Shown here one piece after another: positions 10,411 through 19,864 of a stretch of 64,000 nt of DNA. The stretch comes from an uncultured Candidatus Saccharibacteria bacterium (GTDB lineage Bacteria > Patescibacteriota > Minisyncoccia > Phycocordibacterales > UBA9973), in the NCBI GenBank assembly GCA_964625065.1, contig CAZUZL010000002.1, forward strand, positions 58,067-122,066, read 5' to 3'. Within the stretch, counting starts at the first letter, position 1. Every line of letters starts with the position of its first letter. The translations under genes and the position numbers were made by a program. The notes beneath the pieces are model-generated. The model was given only the letters and a program-made list of their open reading frames with translations. It searched no databases and was not told the origin of the DNA.

Positions 10411-10511
10411 AATGTGGTCAGTATAGCACAACGAACCTATTTTGTGAAAAACAAAACTCTATTGCTATAAAACAATAGAGTTTGAAAAGTTTAAAAATAA
10501 AAAACAAAATC

Positions 10512-11270
10512 TTAAGATAGAACAAGCTCACGAGGACCCCGGTCAGAACTCGAATCCGCAACACCAACATTGCCCATATAAAGCCCGGAATTGTTGGAAT
10601 CAAAGCAACCGCCTGCAAGCCGGCCATCCGACCACAGTGAAGTTGTTCGAGTCCAACCCTTAATGTCCATAAAATGATTCTCATTAAATTTCTTAAAACC
10701 AGTCATAAGTAGGTACTCTTTTGCGTTTGCAAAAGGTACGCTTTCCTTAATGAATACATTATAAGATTTACCTAAATGGACAGTGTCTGGCCCATCTCCA
10801 TTTTTATATAAAAAAGGATACGGACCAACAGGTCTGTCTTGTTTGTTTTCAATGTTACCTACAATTGGTTTTTTATACCGGTAAATGTTTGCATCTTCGA
10901 ATTTTGATTCGTAGCATTCCATAATCTGGTCTTCATTAATCTGTATCGGGTTGACCATTAAGGTATCAAACCTCATTTTTTCAGGGTAAACTAGTTCCCA
11001 AATTTCTGGAATTTTAAGATCCAGAATCTCGTTCAGATACTGTTCCAGTTTTGGTAATTGCAACAATACTTTTTCTGTTTGAAATGGTAATTGGAATTCT
11101 TTGGAAATTCTTTGCAGAATTTTTTGAAAATTTTTTTTGTCCCTCATAAGCATTTCTGCTTGTTTCTGAGGCATACAACGAAACGCGCGGCCTACTTGGT
11201 AGGAAATTTCAAGAAGAATTTCTGGGGAAAGTCTTTCTTGTTCATTTGTTTGACTTTTAGTAATAGTCAT
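10512..11270 (-). CDS. Hypothetical protein with DGR-target-like (CLec-type) C-terminus
   Basis: C-terminus KGWTRTTSLWSDGRLAGGCFDSNNSGLYMGNVGVADSSSDRGPRELVLS with a local GC rise and many NNY codons. Confidence 0.6.
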   Translation of the reverse strand: MTITKSQTNEQERLSPEILLEISYQVGRAFRCMPQKQAEMLMRDKKNFQKILQRISKEFQLPFQTEKVLLQLPKLEQYLNEILDLKIPEIWELVYPEKMRFDTLMVNPIQINEDQIMECYESKFEDANIYRYKKPIVGNIENKQDRPVGPYPFLYKNGDGPDTVHLGKSYNVFIKESVPFANAKEYLLMTGFKKFNENHFMDIKGWTRTTSLWSDGRLAGGCFDSNNSGLYMGNVGVADSSSDRGPRELVLS

Positions 11271-11387
11271 CTTTTTGAATTATTATTAATTAAAGAATTT
11301 TAAATCTTGTTTTATGGTTGTAGCCAAAAGGTACAGATTCCAGAACTTGCGTTTATTATAGAACACACTAAGCATACTCGTCAACAT

Positions 11388-11414
11388 AAAAAACAAGGTC
11401 TTGCCTTGTTTTTT
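11388..11414. repeat. REP-like palindrome, family 1 (downstream copy)
   Basis: AAAAAACAAGG-TCTTG-CCTTGTTTTTT overlapping the RAYT1 stop codon. Confidence 0.8.
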
Positions 11415-12081
11415 ATAATGTGTGGTCTAATAATAACCAATCAAAAATCTCATTTTGAAATACTGATTTATTTTCAAAATAATTCGGGTATGGTTTTGTA
11501 TTAATGACACTACTTTGTATACGATTATTTCCTAAAAAATCTAGGTAACTTGAGTATTCGTAGTTATTTAAATATTTGATGACTGCTTCTTTATCTTGTA
11601 TTCCCTCTTCCTTCCAATTCTTTTGTATTAACTTAACGGGATTTAAGTGTATATATGAAAAAATATATTTTAAATAAGTATCATTATCTATATATTGTGA
11701 CTTGAATTTACCTTCAAACAAACCTCCTGTTCTGTTATATTTTTTATTGTAATACATTACATATGCAGTTGATAATTTTTGCATAAATTTTGAAATTCCA
11801 CCTTCTTCACGTTCTGTAAGCAATAAGTGAAAATGGTTTGGCATTAGACAATACGCACCTATGTCTACCAATAGATCTTTACGTTCTACAGAATACCTAT
11901 CGAAACTTTTAGTTTTTTCTGAAATATATAAATTTAAATTTAAGTTCGTATTACATAAATAAAGCAGACTAATAAAATGCTCGTAGTCAGATTTAGTATG
12001 GAAAATCTTTTGCTTACTATTACCACGATTATAAACATGATAAAATTCACCAGGCATAAAACTAAATTTACGTATTGACAT
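11413..12081 (-). mobile_element. REP-associated tyrosine (HUH/Y1) transposase, RAYT-like #1
   Basis: YHVYNRG, AYCLMPNHFHLL (HUH), GLFEGKFKS, YIHLNP (catalytic Tyr), YSSY. Start MSIRK. Confidence 0.9.
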
Positions 12082-12104
12082 AAAAATATTATACCACAAA
12101 TTTC

Positions 12105-12133
12105 AAAACAACAAGGCAAGACCTTGTTGTTTT
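12105..12133. repeat. REP-like palindrome, family 1 (upstream, inverted copy)
   Basis: AAAACAACAAGG-CAAGA-CCTTGTTGTTTT. Core CAAGGCAAGACCTTG is the exact reverse complement of the downstream copy's core. Confidence 0.8.
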
Positions 12134-12166
12134 TGTATCTATTTGACTAAAAGGTTTACGTTGTTT

Positions 12167-12604
12167 CTACCCCTTTTTAACTACAACTAGCACCTTGGTT
12201 TTTACGCCTTCGCCGTGAAGTGGTACAACGTATTCGCCTACTGATTTAATAGGTTCGTCTAGGTCCACCATTGCCTCAGTTATGGCTGCGTGGGTTTTTT
12301 CTTTTAGTGCCATAGCGATATCTTTTTTATGGATAGCAGAAAAAAGATGGCCCATTTCATTTGCTGGTACTGTAAAAAGTATTTCGGGTTTTGCACCAAG
12401 GGCTGCGCGAGTTTGTTCGTGCATGTGTTCTATTTTAGCGGCATGGTCGGCTTGTTTACGTGCAGCGTCGGCAACAACTGATACTGTTGCTGCAACTGCC
12501 AACTTTTTAGGAAATAGAAAGTTACGGGCATAGCCTTCGTTAACTTCTTTTATATCGTTTTTCTGACCAAGGTTTTTTACGTTCTGTAGGAATAATACAA
12601 GCAT
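12167..12604 (-). CDS. rplI: 50S ribosomal protein L9
   Basis: VKNLGQKNDIKEVNEGYARNFLFPKKLA, GHLFSAI. Confidence 0.95.
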   Translation of the reverse strand: MLVLFLQNVKNLGQKNDIKEVNEGYARNFLFPKKLAVAATVSVVADAARKQADHAAKIEHMHEQTRAALGAKPEILFTVPANEMGHLFSAIHKKDIAMALKEKTHAAITEAMVDLDEPIKSVGEYVVPLHGEGVKTKVLVVVKKG

Positions 12605-12606
12605 AG

Positions 12607-12634
12607 GTTTAAGGTTATAGGTTACAGGTTTTAG
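12607..12634. repeat. Degenerate 7-bp tandem repeat x4
   Basis: GTTTAAG GTTATAG GTTACAG GTTTTAG directly upstream of the rplI start. Confidence 0.65.
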
Positions 12635-12642
12635 TAATAAGT

Positions 12643-13857
12643 TTATTTTTTGTTTAGTATTTCGATTGCCTTTTTAAGTTGTACGTCGTTCTTAGGGTTT
12701 TTAGCATCTGGCTTTACAACAACATCAGGTATAATACCGACTTTTGATATAGACGTTCCGTTTGGTGTAAGCCATTTTGCAACTGTAATTTTCAACGATG
12801 TGTCGGCTGTTACTGGCACAAGTTCCTGCACAGAACCTTTACCGAAACTGGTTTCGCCCACTAATGTAGCTACACCGTTTTCTTTTAATGCACCGGCCAA
12901 TATTTCAGACGCAGATGCAGAACCGCCGTTTATAAGGATAACAGTTTTTAGCTTGTTGTCGAATATGTTGTAACCCTGACTGTAGTATACGGTGTCGGGT
13001 TTGCTTTCGCCAAAATGTTCTGAGACAACAACTTTTGATGCTGGTAGGAAGTAACTTGCCATAGATATAGCTGTATCAAGGTAACCACCTGGGTTACCAC
13101 GCAGGTCGATGATAAGTTTATGTGAACCAGATTCTACAAACTGCTGTATGGCCTTTTGGAAACGTGTGCCCGAGTCTGCTGTAAATGTATATAGACGTAT
13201 TACAAATATGCCGTCTTTGCGTAGTTCTGTTTCTAATACAGGTACGTTTATAACTGCACGTGTAAGTGTTACGTCGCGAGGTTTCTTTTCTGCTTCGCGG
13301 TAAATTTGTATTGTAACTTGTGTGCCTTCTTTACCACGGATTTGTGATATAGCCTGGTCTATAGACATACCGTCGGTTTTTGTACCGTTTATTTTTACGA
13401 TTACGTCACCTGGTTTTAGGCCGGCTTTGTATGCAGGCGTGTCTTTTAGTGGGGCTATAACGGTAAGCATACTGTTTTTATTTAAACCTATTTCCATACC
13501 TACACCTGAAAACGAACCTTGTATTTGGTCTTGGAAAGCTTGGTTTTCTTTGGGTGGAAAGAAAACAGTGTATGGGTCGCCCAACGACGAAGCCAGTCCA
13601 GTAATGGCGCCGTATACACGGTCTTGTGATGAAACGTTTTTAGCATCCGGAGATTTTTCGTCTATCATTTTCCAGACTTTCCAGAAAGCCTGCAAGTCGG
13701 CGGTGTCTTCTACACTACCACCGAAAACAGAAGCAACACTGGTAACCTGAACAGAGTTTTTACCAACATAAAAACCACTGCCAAATATAACAAATAGCAA
13801 ACATGCAACTGTTATAAACTGTATTCTTTTTCTAAATGATGTTTTTTGTGGTTCCAT
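12643..13857 (-). CDS. ctpA: S41 carboxyl-terminal processing protease
   Basis: PDZ domain, IDLRGNPGG, SASASEILAGAL, GETSFGKGSVQ. Confidence 0.93.
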   Translation of the reverse strand: MEPQKTSFRKRIQFITVACLLFVIFGSGFYVGKNSVQVTSVASVFGGSVEDTADLQAFWKVWKMIDEKSPDAKNVSSQDRVYGAITGLASSLGDPYTVFFPPKENQAFQDQIQGSFSGVGMEIGLNKNSMLTVIAPLKDTPAYKAGLKPGDVIVKINGTKTDGMSIDQAISQIRGKEGTQVTIQIYREAEKKPRDVTLTRAVINVPVLETELRKDGIFVIRLYTFTADSGTRFQKAIQQFVESGSHKLIIDLRGNPGGYLDTAISMASYFLPASKVVVSEHFGESKPDTVYYSQGYNIFDNKLKTVILINGGSASASEILAGALKENGVATLVGETSFGKGSVQELVPVTADTSLKITVAKWLTPNGTSISKVGIIPDVVVKPDAKNPKNDVQLKKAIEILNKK

Positions 13858-13860
13858 ATT

Positions 13861-14298
13861 TTATGCAATGTCGTTACCCATTATTTTAGTACGGGGTTTA
13901 CGTACGGCACGTGTGCGCACTGGTTCTATGTTTTCTGAATATGTAGGTTGTACTGTTTCTGTATGGGCCACATGGTGTGCAGCACTAGCATGCGAAACAG
14001 TGTTAACTTTTTCTGTGCGGTTTTTTAAATGTTCTATAAAAGGCGAAGGTGCAGATACAGGCATGTCTGCCATAGTTGGTATTGGTTCGGTGTTTTTAAT
14101 TTCAGGTAGTATTTTGGGTAAAGTTTCTGTAATGGGTTCAGTTGGGCCCTTTATGTTTTTCCAGTAACGCCATGCGACTAAACAAATACACAAACCGGTT
14201 ATACCCAGTATCCATGCGCGCCATATAAATGGAAACCCAAGATATGGAAAAACCATAACCCATATACCTAATGCCAACAATGTGTATTCTTTCTTCAT
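13861..14298 (-). CDS. Hypothetical membrane protein (2 TM + disordered tail)
   Basis: LGIWVMVFPYLGFP N-terminal hairpin. Confidence 0.7.
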   Translation of the reverse strand: MKKEYTLLALGIWVMVFPYLGFPFIWRAWILGITGLCICLVAWRYWKNIKGPTEPITETLPKILPEIKNTEPIPTMADMPVSAPSPFIEHLKNRTEKVNTVSHASAAHHVAHTETVQPTYSENIEPVRTRAVRKPRTKIMGNDIA

Positions 14299-14370
14299 GT
14301 ATGTATTATACCCTGCCGTAAAATTTAAACAAATATACTAAATCTAAAATTATATGGTGAAATGTTTAAA

Positions 14371-15057
14371 CTATAGAGGGCGCACAATAACAACGAATTC
14401 GCCTTTTATATAGTCTGGATGTTGTTCATATATTTCTAAAACTTCTGTTGCAGTACCATATATAAAACGTTCATGTATTTTAGTAAGTTCCTTAGCTATA
14501 CATATACCGCGTGCGGGCATGTATTTTTCTATTGATGCAAGAGTTTTAAGTAAACGATGAGGAGATTCGTAAAAAACAATTGTATGTTCTGTAGTTACCA
14601 TTTTATTAAAAATTGTTTCGCGGCCTTTTTTATGTGGTAGAAAACCAAGGTATTCTACATGGGCACTGGGTATACCACTGCCTGATAGTGCCGTGGTCAG
14701 TGCACTGGCCCCTGGTATGGGCACAACAGTGGCGTCGGTATTAGCACGTACCCAAGCCACAAGTTCTACACCTGGGTCTGATATGCCTGGCGTGCCAGCG
14801 TCTGAAATAAACGCTAGGTTTTTACCTTCATCTAACATTGATCCAACTTTAGCATAGGCAGCTTCCTTAGCATGAGCATCAAAGCGCATAAACTGTTTCT
14901 TAGGTATATTATGGTGTGCCAAAAGTTTGCCTGAAACGCGAGTGTCTTCGGCCAGTACTACGTCTACCTCAGAAAATATACGCAGTGCGCGCAGTGTTAT
15001 GTCTTCCATATTGCCTATGGGTGTAGCTACTATATATAGTGTGCCGGTTTGTGTCAT
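14371..15057 (-). CDS. rsmI: 16S rRNA C1402 2'-O-methyltransferase
   Basis: LYIVATPIGNMEDIT, AEDTR, SDAGTPGISDPG, YESPHR, ELTKIHE. Start MTQTG. Confidence 0.95.
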   Translation of the reverse strand: MTQTGTLYIVATPIGNMEDITLRALRIFSEVDVVLAEDTRVSGKLLAHHNIPKKQFMRFDAHAKEAAYAKVGSMLDEGKNLAFISDAGTPGISDPGVELVAWVRANTDATVVPIPGASALTTALSGSGIPSAHVEYLGFLPHKKGRETIFNKMVTTEHTIVFYESPHRLLKTLASIEKYMPARGICIAKELTKIHERFIYGTATEVLEIYEQHPDYIKGEFVVIVRPL

Positions 15058-15147
15058 ATATGGACTATAGCACAACAAGTTGAATTTATAAAAATAAAAA
15101 AACCACAATACATCTAATATAAATTATATGTATTGTGGTTTAATAAA

Positions 15148-15876
15148 TTAAAGATGCGACACGTCTTTGTTTTCAAAAGACCGCACCATTTTGTTCATCT
15201 TGTGCACAAAACTATTTGTGCCATATAGACCTTCACGCCATTTTATTGAAGGTATTTCTGGAAACAACATGATGTGTTTTAATTGAGAAGTGTTGCCACT
15301 TTTTAGTTGAAAAGGCATTTCCCTTTCAATTTGTTCTTTGTCTAGATAAACAAGGTGTTTGTCGATGCCGTTTACATCTTCTTCAATGGAGGAATTTTTA
15401 AAACCTACCATCCAGTTACAGTAACGACATGCATCGTTAGCAAACTTAAGAAAGCTAGCTTCATTTTTAAAACCAATCAACTGATCTTGTATGTTTTCTT
15501 TTAACGACTGTGTTAGGTGCGACTGGCTAATGTTAGCACTAACACGTATCAATAAAAAGTGCGATGTAGAATCCATAAGGCAATAGTCTGCATCTGCAGA
15601 TTTTTTATTAATGCAAAAGAAAAAGTAAAAGACTTCCCCCTGAGAAGTTTTAACTAAAAACTTCAACAGGTTTTTTCTACTACAGTTTTTAGATCTGCAG
15701 TATTTTATTATATCTTCCTTTTTTATTTCCATAAAAGATCTAGTTATTAAATCTTGTACAGACTTAATAGCATCTGTTTTTCGAGATTCGATAGTGTCGC
15801 CCTTAATAGCCCGTTCTCTTTTCTTGCGGATTTTGGCCGTAAAGCGTTTACTTTGCCTGAATTTCTTTCCTGCCAT
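15148..15876 (-). CDS. Hypothetical basic protein, possible PD-(D/E)XK nuclease-fold C-terminus
   Basis: E...EEDVNGID...PFQLKS motif spacing. Confidence 0.6.
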   Translation of the reverse strand: MAGKKFRQSKRFTAKIRKKRERAIKGDTIESRKTDAIKSVQDLITRSFMEIKKEDIIKYCRSKNCSRKNLLKFLVKTSQGEVFYFFFCINKKSADADYCLMDSTSHFLLIRVSANISQSHLTQSLKENIQDQLIGFKNEASFLKFANDACRYCNWMVGFKNSSIEEDVNGIDKHLVYLDKEQIEREMPFQLKSGNTSQLKHIMLFPEIPSIKWREGLYGTNSFVHKMNKMVRSFENKDVSHL

Positions 15877-16002
15877 GTTTGTTATTTATTTTTAGGTTTA
15901 GATCTGTACCACTGCACAGATATTTAAAAACACTATACCATAGATGTAAAATAAAACAAGGTGGTTTATATATACCCCACCTTGTTTTATATTTACGTTA
16001 AT

Positions 16003-16899
16003 TTAAGCTTTTGCTAGTTTTTGTTCAACTGCATTTCTGCATTCTGACGAACAACAAATAAGGTTTTCATCGGTACCTGAACATTCGTCGCAGGCTATGT
16101 AGTGGCGGTGACAACTTGTGTTAACACAGTCACGGTATATTTCAGACGATGCACCACAGTGGTAACATTTACCTATAACAGTGTGGTTTTCTGGACTGTC
16201 GAAATGCATAGTTTTACGTTTGTCGAAAACATATAAAGACCCTTTAAAGTTCTGCCCTGGGAATTGCGCCATGTACGAAACTATACCCCCGTCTAGTTGG
16301 TATACATCTTTGAAGCCTTCTTTCTTTAAAAAACCAGAAGCCTTTTCACAGCGTACACCACCGGTACATACAGTTAATACTGTTTTGTCTTTTAGGTCTT
16401 TTAGTTCGTCTATTTTTTCACGTAAGTCGCGGAAGTTTTTCAAACCTGGAAATATAGTACCGTCGAATTTACCAGACTCTAGTTCGTAGTCGTTACGCAT
16501 ATCGACAATGTAAAAGTCTTTACCTTCCTTATACCATTTATCTAGTTCATGTGGTGGCAGATGTGTACCAGTAAGTACGTTTGGGTTTACGTCGCCTTCT
16601 TCGCCTAGGTGTAATGAAACTATTTCTTTACGGACTTTAACAGACAATTTAGGAAAACAGTCCCCGTTACCTGGACTAAGTTTCCAGTGTACGTGTTTGT
16701 ACATACGTTGAGACTTCATCCATTCTACATATTTTTGTATTGCTTCGGTTGTACCTTCACCTGTACCGTTTATACCTTCCTCGGCAATTATGAAACGCCC
16801 CTTGATACCGAGTATTTCTAAAACAGCACGTTGACGCGCCATTTCTAATTGAGGGTTTTCTATCGGAACGTATTTGTAAAATAAAACTATTGTATGCAT
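16003..16899 (-). CDS. trhO: Rhodanese-related UPF0176 / tRNA U34 hydroxylase TrhO-like
   Basis: LFYKY, AEEGINGT, DMRNDYE..GKF, CTGGVRCEK, YQLDGGI, YVFDKR, Cys-rich tail. Confidence 0.88.
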   Translation of the reverse strand: MHTIVLFYKYVPIENPQLEMARQRAVLEILGIKGRFIIAEEGINGTGEGTTEAIQKYVEWMKSQRMYKHVHWKLSPGNGDCFPKLSVKVRKEIVSLHLGEEGDVNPNVLTGTHLPPHELDKWYKEGKDFYIVDMRNDYELESGKFDGTIFPGLKNFRDLREKIDELKDLKDKTVLTVCTGGVRCEKASGFLKKEGFKDVYQLDGGIVSYMAQFPGQNFKGSLYVFDKRKTMHFDSPENHTVIGKCYHCGASSEIYRDCVNTSCHRHYIACDECSGTDENLICCSSECRNAVEQKLAKA

Positions 16900-16970
16900 A
16901 AAAAAATTAAATTGATTAAGTTTTGGTCGCGCCGAGTGGATAATTGCGCGACATGATTTTAAACTGAAAT

Positions 16971-17111
16971 CACGTGTCTTAAAATCGGACCAAGGGCCTC
17001 CGTCTTATAGCGGCTAGCGAGGAGCGAATAAAAAAGTAATCTTTTTTATATCGTCCGAGCGAAGACGTTATATGTAATCATATCAGGACGGCGTTCTTAA
17101 ATATATAGACC
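16971..17111 (-). pseudogene. Degenerate tandem copy of tRNA-Ile with a 72-bp hairpin insertion in the anticodon loop
   Basis: 16983-17008 = 17131-17156 (26 bp identical) and 17081-17097 = 17154-17170 (17 bp identical). The ends are degenerate. Confidence 0.7.
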
Positions 17112-17117
17112 TTGGTG

Positions 17118-17189
17118 TGCGTGTACTTGGAATCGGACCAAGGGCCTCCGTCTTATCAGGACGGCGTTCTACCACTGAACTATACACGC
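17118..17189 (-). tRNA. tRNA-Ile(GAT)
   Basis: Acceptor GCGTGTA/TACACGC, anticodon arm CCGTC-CTGATAA-GACGG, T arm CTTGG-TCCGATT-CCAAG. No CCA directly after the discriminator base. Confidence 0.93.
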
Positions 17190-17282
17190 AATATAGCCTT
17201 TGCACTATAGCAAAAAAAAGTGTTTTTAGCAAATAAATAGCATGGTAAAAACCCTACTGTTGTAGGGTTTTTACCATGCTAT

Positions 17283-18833
17283 TTATTTAGCGCAAAGTTT
17301 TGCATTCATATGGGCTAGAGTTTTTAGGTCTATTTTAGAAGTTTTAACTTCAGCTGAATTTAAACCTATTTCTGTACTGTACATTTTTTTGTAAGCTTTT
17401 ATTGCGTTTAGTGTTCTACTACCTACGAAACCTTGTATGTTTATGTGTGAACCAGTTTCTTGGTTTAGTAGCCACTGTATTGTTTTAACAACTTGTTTTT
17501 TATATAAATCTGTTTTAGTGAAAGCTTTGTAAACTGCAGGGCATGTAGCATTTTTTGTTGGTTTTATAGTAGTGTCATCTGTTTTTACTTTTTCAGCTTC
17601 AACTTTTTTAACTTCTACTGGTGGTATATACGAACCACCGCCACCACCACCACCTGAACTTAATATACCACCACTACTACCCCTAGATATATTACCTAAA
17701 ACTTCTGCTGAATCAGCTGTAAGCAGGTTTTGTTGTGTACCGTTAGCTGGTGTGTATGCTTGTACTATATAGTACGTGTTTGCTGTAACGTTTGGTATTG
17801 TTATTGTTGCACCAGAATTTCTAGCAACTGTACCTTCTAATGTACTGTATGGTCCGCCAGAAGTTGGACTTGAATAAATTTTATACGAACCTACAGATGT
17901 GTATTCAGCGGGTGTCCAACTAACTACCATATCTGTGCCAGAACGTGTTGCAGTTAAACCAGTTGGGGCAATGGTTTGTGTTGCAGACCAGTTTGCAGAA
18001 AACTTTGTGTCTGCAGCTGTGTCCTTCGTTGTAGAACTTGTTTGTAATGAGTTTTCAGCCAATGAACCGGCTGTTAACAAGCCAAACGAACTGAAGTCTG
18101 GTATGTCGCCGGTTAGTGCGTTTTGGTTTGCGTAAAACTCTACCAAACCAGAACTTGCTGACAAAGAAGGTATAGAACCTGTAAGTTGGTTTCTATCAAA
18201 ATATACATATTCTAAAGATGTATTTGTGCTAAGTGAAGGTATAGAACCTGTAAGCTGGTTGTCCCGCACATCAAACAGTGACAGTGATGTGTTTGTAGTA
18301 AGTGCAGGTATAGAACCGGTAAGTTGGTTTGTACCAACGAAAAATTGCGATAAATTTGTATTTGTTGTAAGTGAAGGTATAGAACCTGTAAGTTGGTTGT
18401 TATGTAAATCTAGCAACTGTAGTGCAGTGTTAGATGCCAAAGAAGGTATAGAACCTGAAAGACTGTTACTGTACGCATGAAACTGTGTAAGACTAGTTAA
18501 GTTTGAAATAGAACTAGGTATAGTACCTACAAGGTTGTTACTTGCTAAGCTAATAGTGGCCACATGTGTGCTTGAACGTGTTATACCATGCCATGTGTTT
18601 ATGTCAGAAACAGTGTCCCATGCGGTATGGTCTGTCCATGATGCACCAGCTGTGTCTGTGTACAAATCTTCTAATGCCTGACATTCTGCTTGAGATATGC
18701 CGCCTAGTGTTGTACGGTGTGCACCATTAGTACAGTCAACAGTACTAAATGCAGCATTTGCGTTTTGAATTTTTACTGTAAATAAAACAAAAAATATTAA
18801 AAAAAATGTGGCTGGTATGCGTATATGTTTCAT
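17283..18833 (-). CDS. Secreted leucine-rich-repeat protein with FnIII-like and probable peptidoglycan-binding domains
   Basis: Signal peptide, ~6 repeats of NxLxGxIPSL (23 aa), APTGLTAT...VSW, Gly linker, VKTIQWLLN...GFVGSRTLNAI. Confidence 0.85.
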   Translation of the reverse strand: MKHIRIPATFFLIFFVLFTVKIQNANAAFSTVDCTNGAHRTTLGGISQAECQALEDLYTDTAGASWTDHTAWDTVSDINTWHGITRSSTHVATISLASNNLVGTIPSSISNLTSLTQFHAYSNSLSGSIPSLASNTALQLLDLHNNQLTGSIPSLTTNTNLSQFFVGTNQLTGSIPALTTNTSLSLFDVRDNQLTGSIPSLSTNTSLEYVYFDRNQLTGSIPSLSASSGLVEFYANQNALTGDIPDFSSFGLLTAGSLAENSLQTSSTTKDTAADTKFSANWSATQTIAPTGLTATRSGTDMVVSWTPAEYTSVGSYKIYSSPTSGGPYSTLEGTVARNSGATITIPNVTANTYYIVQAYTPANGTQQNLLTADSAEVLGNISRGSSGGILSSGGGGGGGSYIPPVEVKKVEAEKVKTDDTTIKPTKNATCPAVYKAFTKTDLYKKQVVKTIQWLLNQETGSHINIQGFVGSRTLNAIKAYKKMYSTEIGLNSAEVKTSKIDLKTLAHMNAKLCAK

Positions 18834-18871
18834 ATATACAATAGTACCAAATATGCATGCGGTAGTCTATG

Positions 18872-19846
18872 TTAGTCTTCGGCAGATTCTGTACCCACGA
18901 CACCACTTAGTAGGGCGTCTACTATTTTGTCTATTTTACCAGCCATTATAGTTGGTATGCCAGACCATGACTGGCGTATCCGGTGGTCTGTTATACGGTC
19001 TTGTGGAAAGTTATATGTGCGGATTTTTTCACTTCTGTCCCCTGTACCGATCTGGTTTGCGCGGTTTTCGGCGTATTGTTTATTGTCTTCGGCGTCGCGG
19101 GCTTGTTGGATTTTTGCGGTCAATATTAGCATCGCCTTTTCGCGGTTTGCGAGTTGTGAACGCTCAGATGTAGAACGTACATCCATACCTGTTGGCTTGT
19201 GTATCAGACGAACAGCAGTTTCAACTTTGTTAACATTCTGACCACCAGCACCACCTGAACGTGAATATTCTATTTCAATATCTGCGGGGTTTATTTCTAT
19301 TGTAACTTTTTTACGCATTGGTAAAACTGCAACTGACGCAGTCGATGTATGCACTCGCCCGTTTTTTTCTGTAGCCGGTATGCGTTGCACACGGTGCACG
19401 CCAGTTTCGTAGCGGAAATATTTGTAAACTTCTTTACCTTTTATTTCGTATACGGCTTCTTTGTAGCCACCTACATCGTTTTCACTTATTTCAAGGCGCT
19501 TAACTTGGAAGCCTTTAGATTCTGCATAACCCTGGTACATGTATGCCAGTTCGTATGCAAACAACGAAGCTTCGTCACCACCAACACCAGCACGTATTTC
19601 AAGAATTATTTCATTTGGAAATTCTTCTTCTTTGTTTTCTGCTTCTGTTATAGATTCAAGTTGTTTTTCTAATGCATCTATCTGCATAGTTATTGTGTCT
19701 ATGTCTGCCTGACCAAGTTCTGCCATTGATGGGTCAGCCACGATCATGTCTTTCACCTCTTGTAATTCATTTACAAGACGCTCGTATTCAGATGCGAGGT
19801 AAGATGTTTTATGATTCTTTTTTAATGCTTCTATATCAATAGTCAT
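18872..19846 (-). CDS. prfA: Peptide chain release factor 1
   Basis: [12 protein letters not shown] (PxT), [25 protein letters not shown]. Confidence 0.95.
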   Translation of the reverse strand: MTIDIEALKKNHKTSYLASEYERLVNELQEVKDMIVADPSMAELGQADIDTITMQIDALEKQLESITEAENKEEEFPNEIILEIRAGVGGDEASLFAYELAYMYQGYAESKGFQVKRLEISENDVGGYKEAVYEIKGKEVYKYFRYETGVHRVQRIPATEKNGRVHTSTASVAVLPMRKKVTIEINPADIEIEYSRSGGAGGQNVNKVETAVRLIHKPTGMDVRSTSERSQLANREKAMLILTAKIQQARDAEDNKQYAENRANQIGTGDRSEKIRTYNFPQDRITDHRIRQSWSGIPTIMAGKIDKIVDALLSGVVGTESAED

Positions 19847-19864
19847 ATAATATCATTATACAGA

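Noticed and set aside
10418-12200. Complete DGR cassette (RT, avd, template repeat)
   Set aside because: No reverse transcriptase and no second copy of the variable-region-like segment found by eye in the window.
17009-17080. Group I intron in a functional tRNA
   Set aside because: Only 72 bp with no P7/R/S motifs, and the host copy has a degenerate acceptor stem and D-arm.
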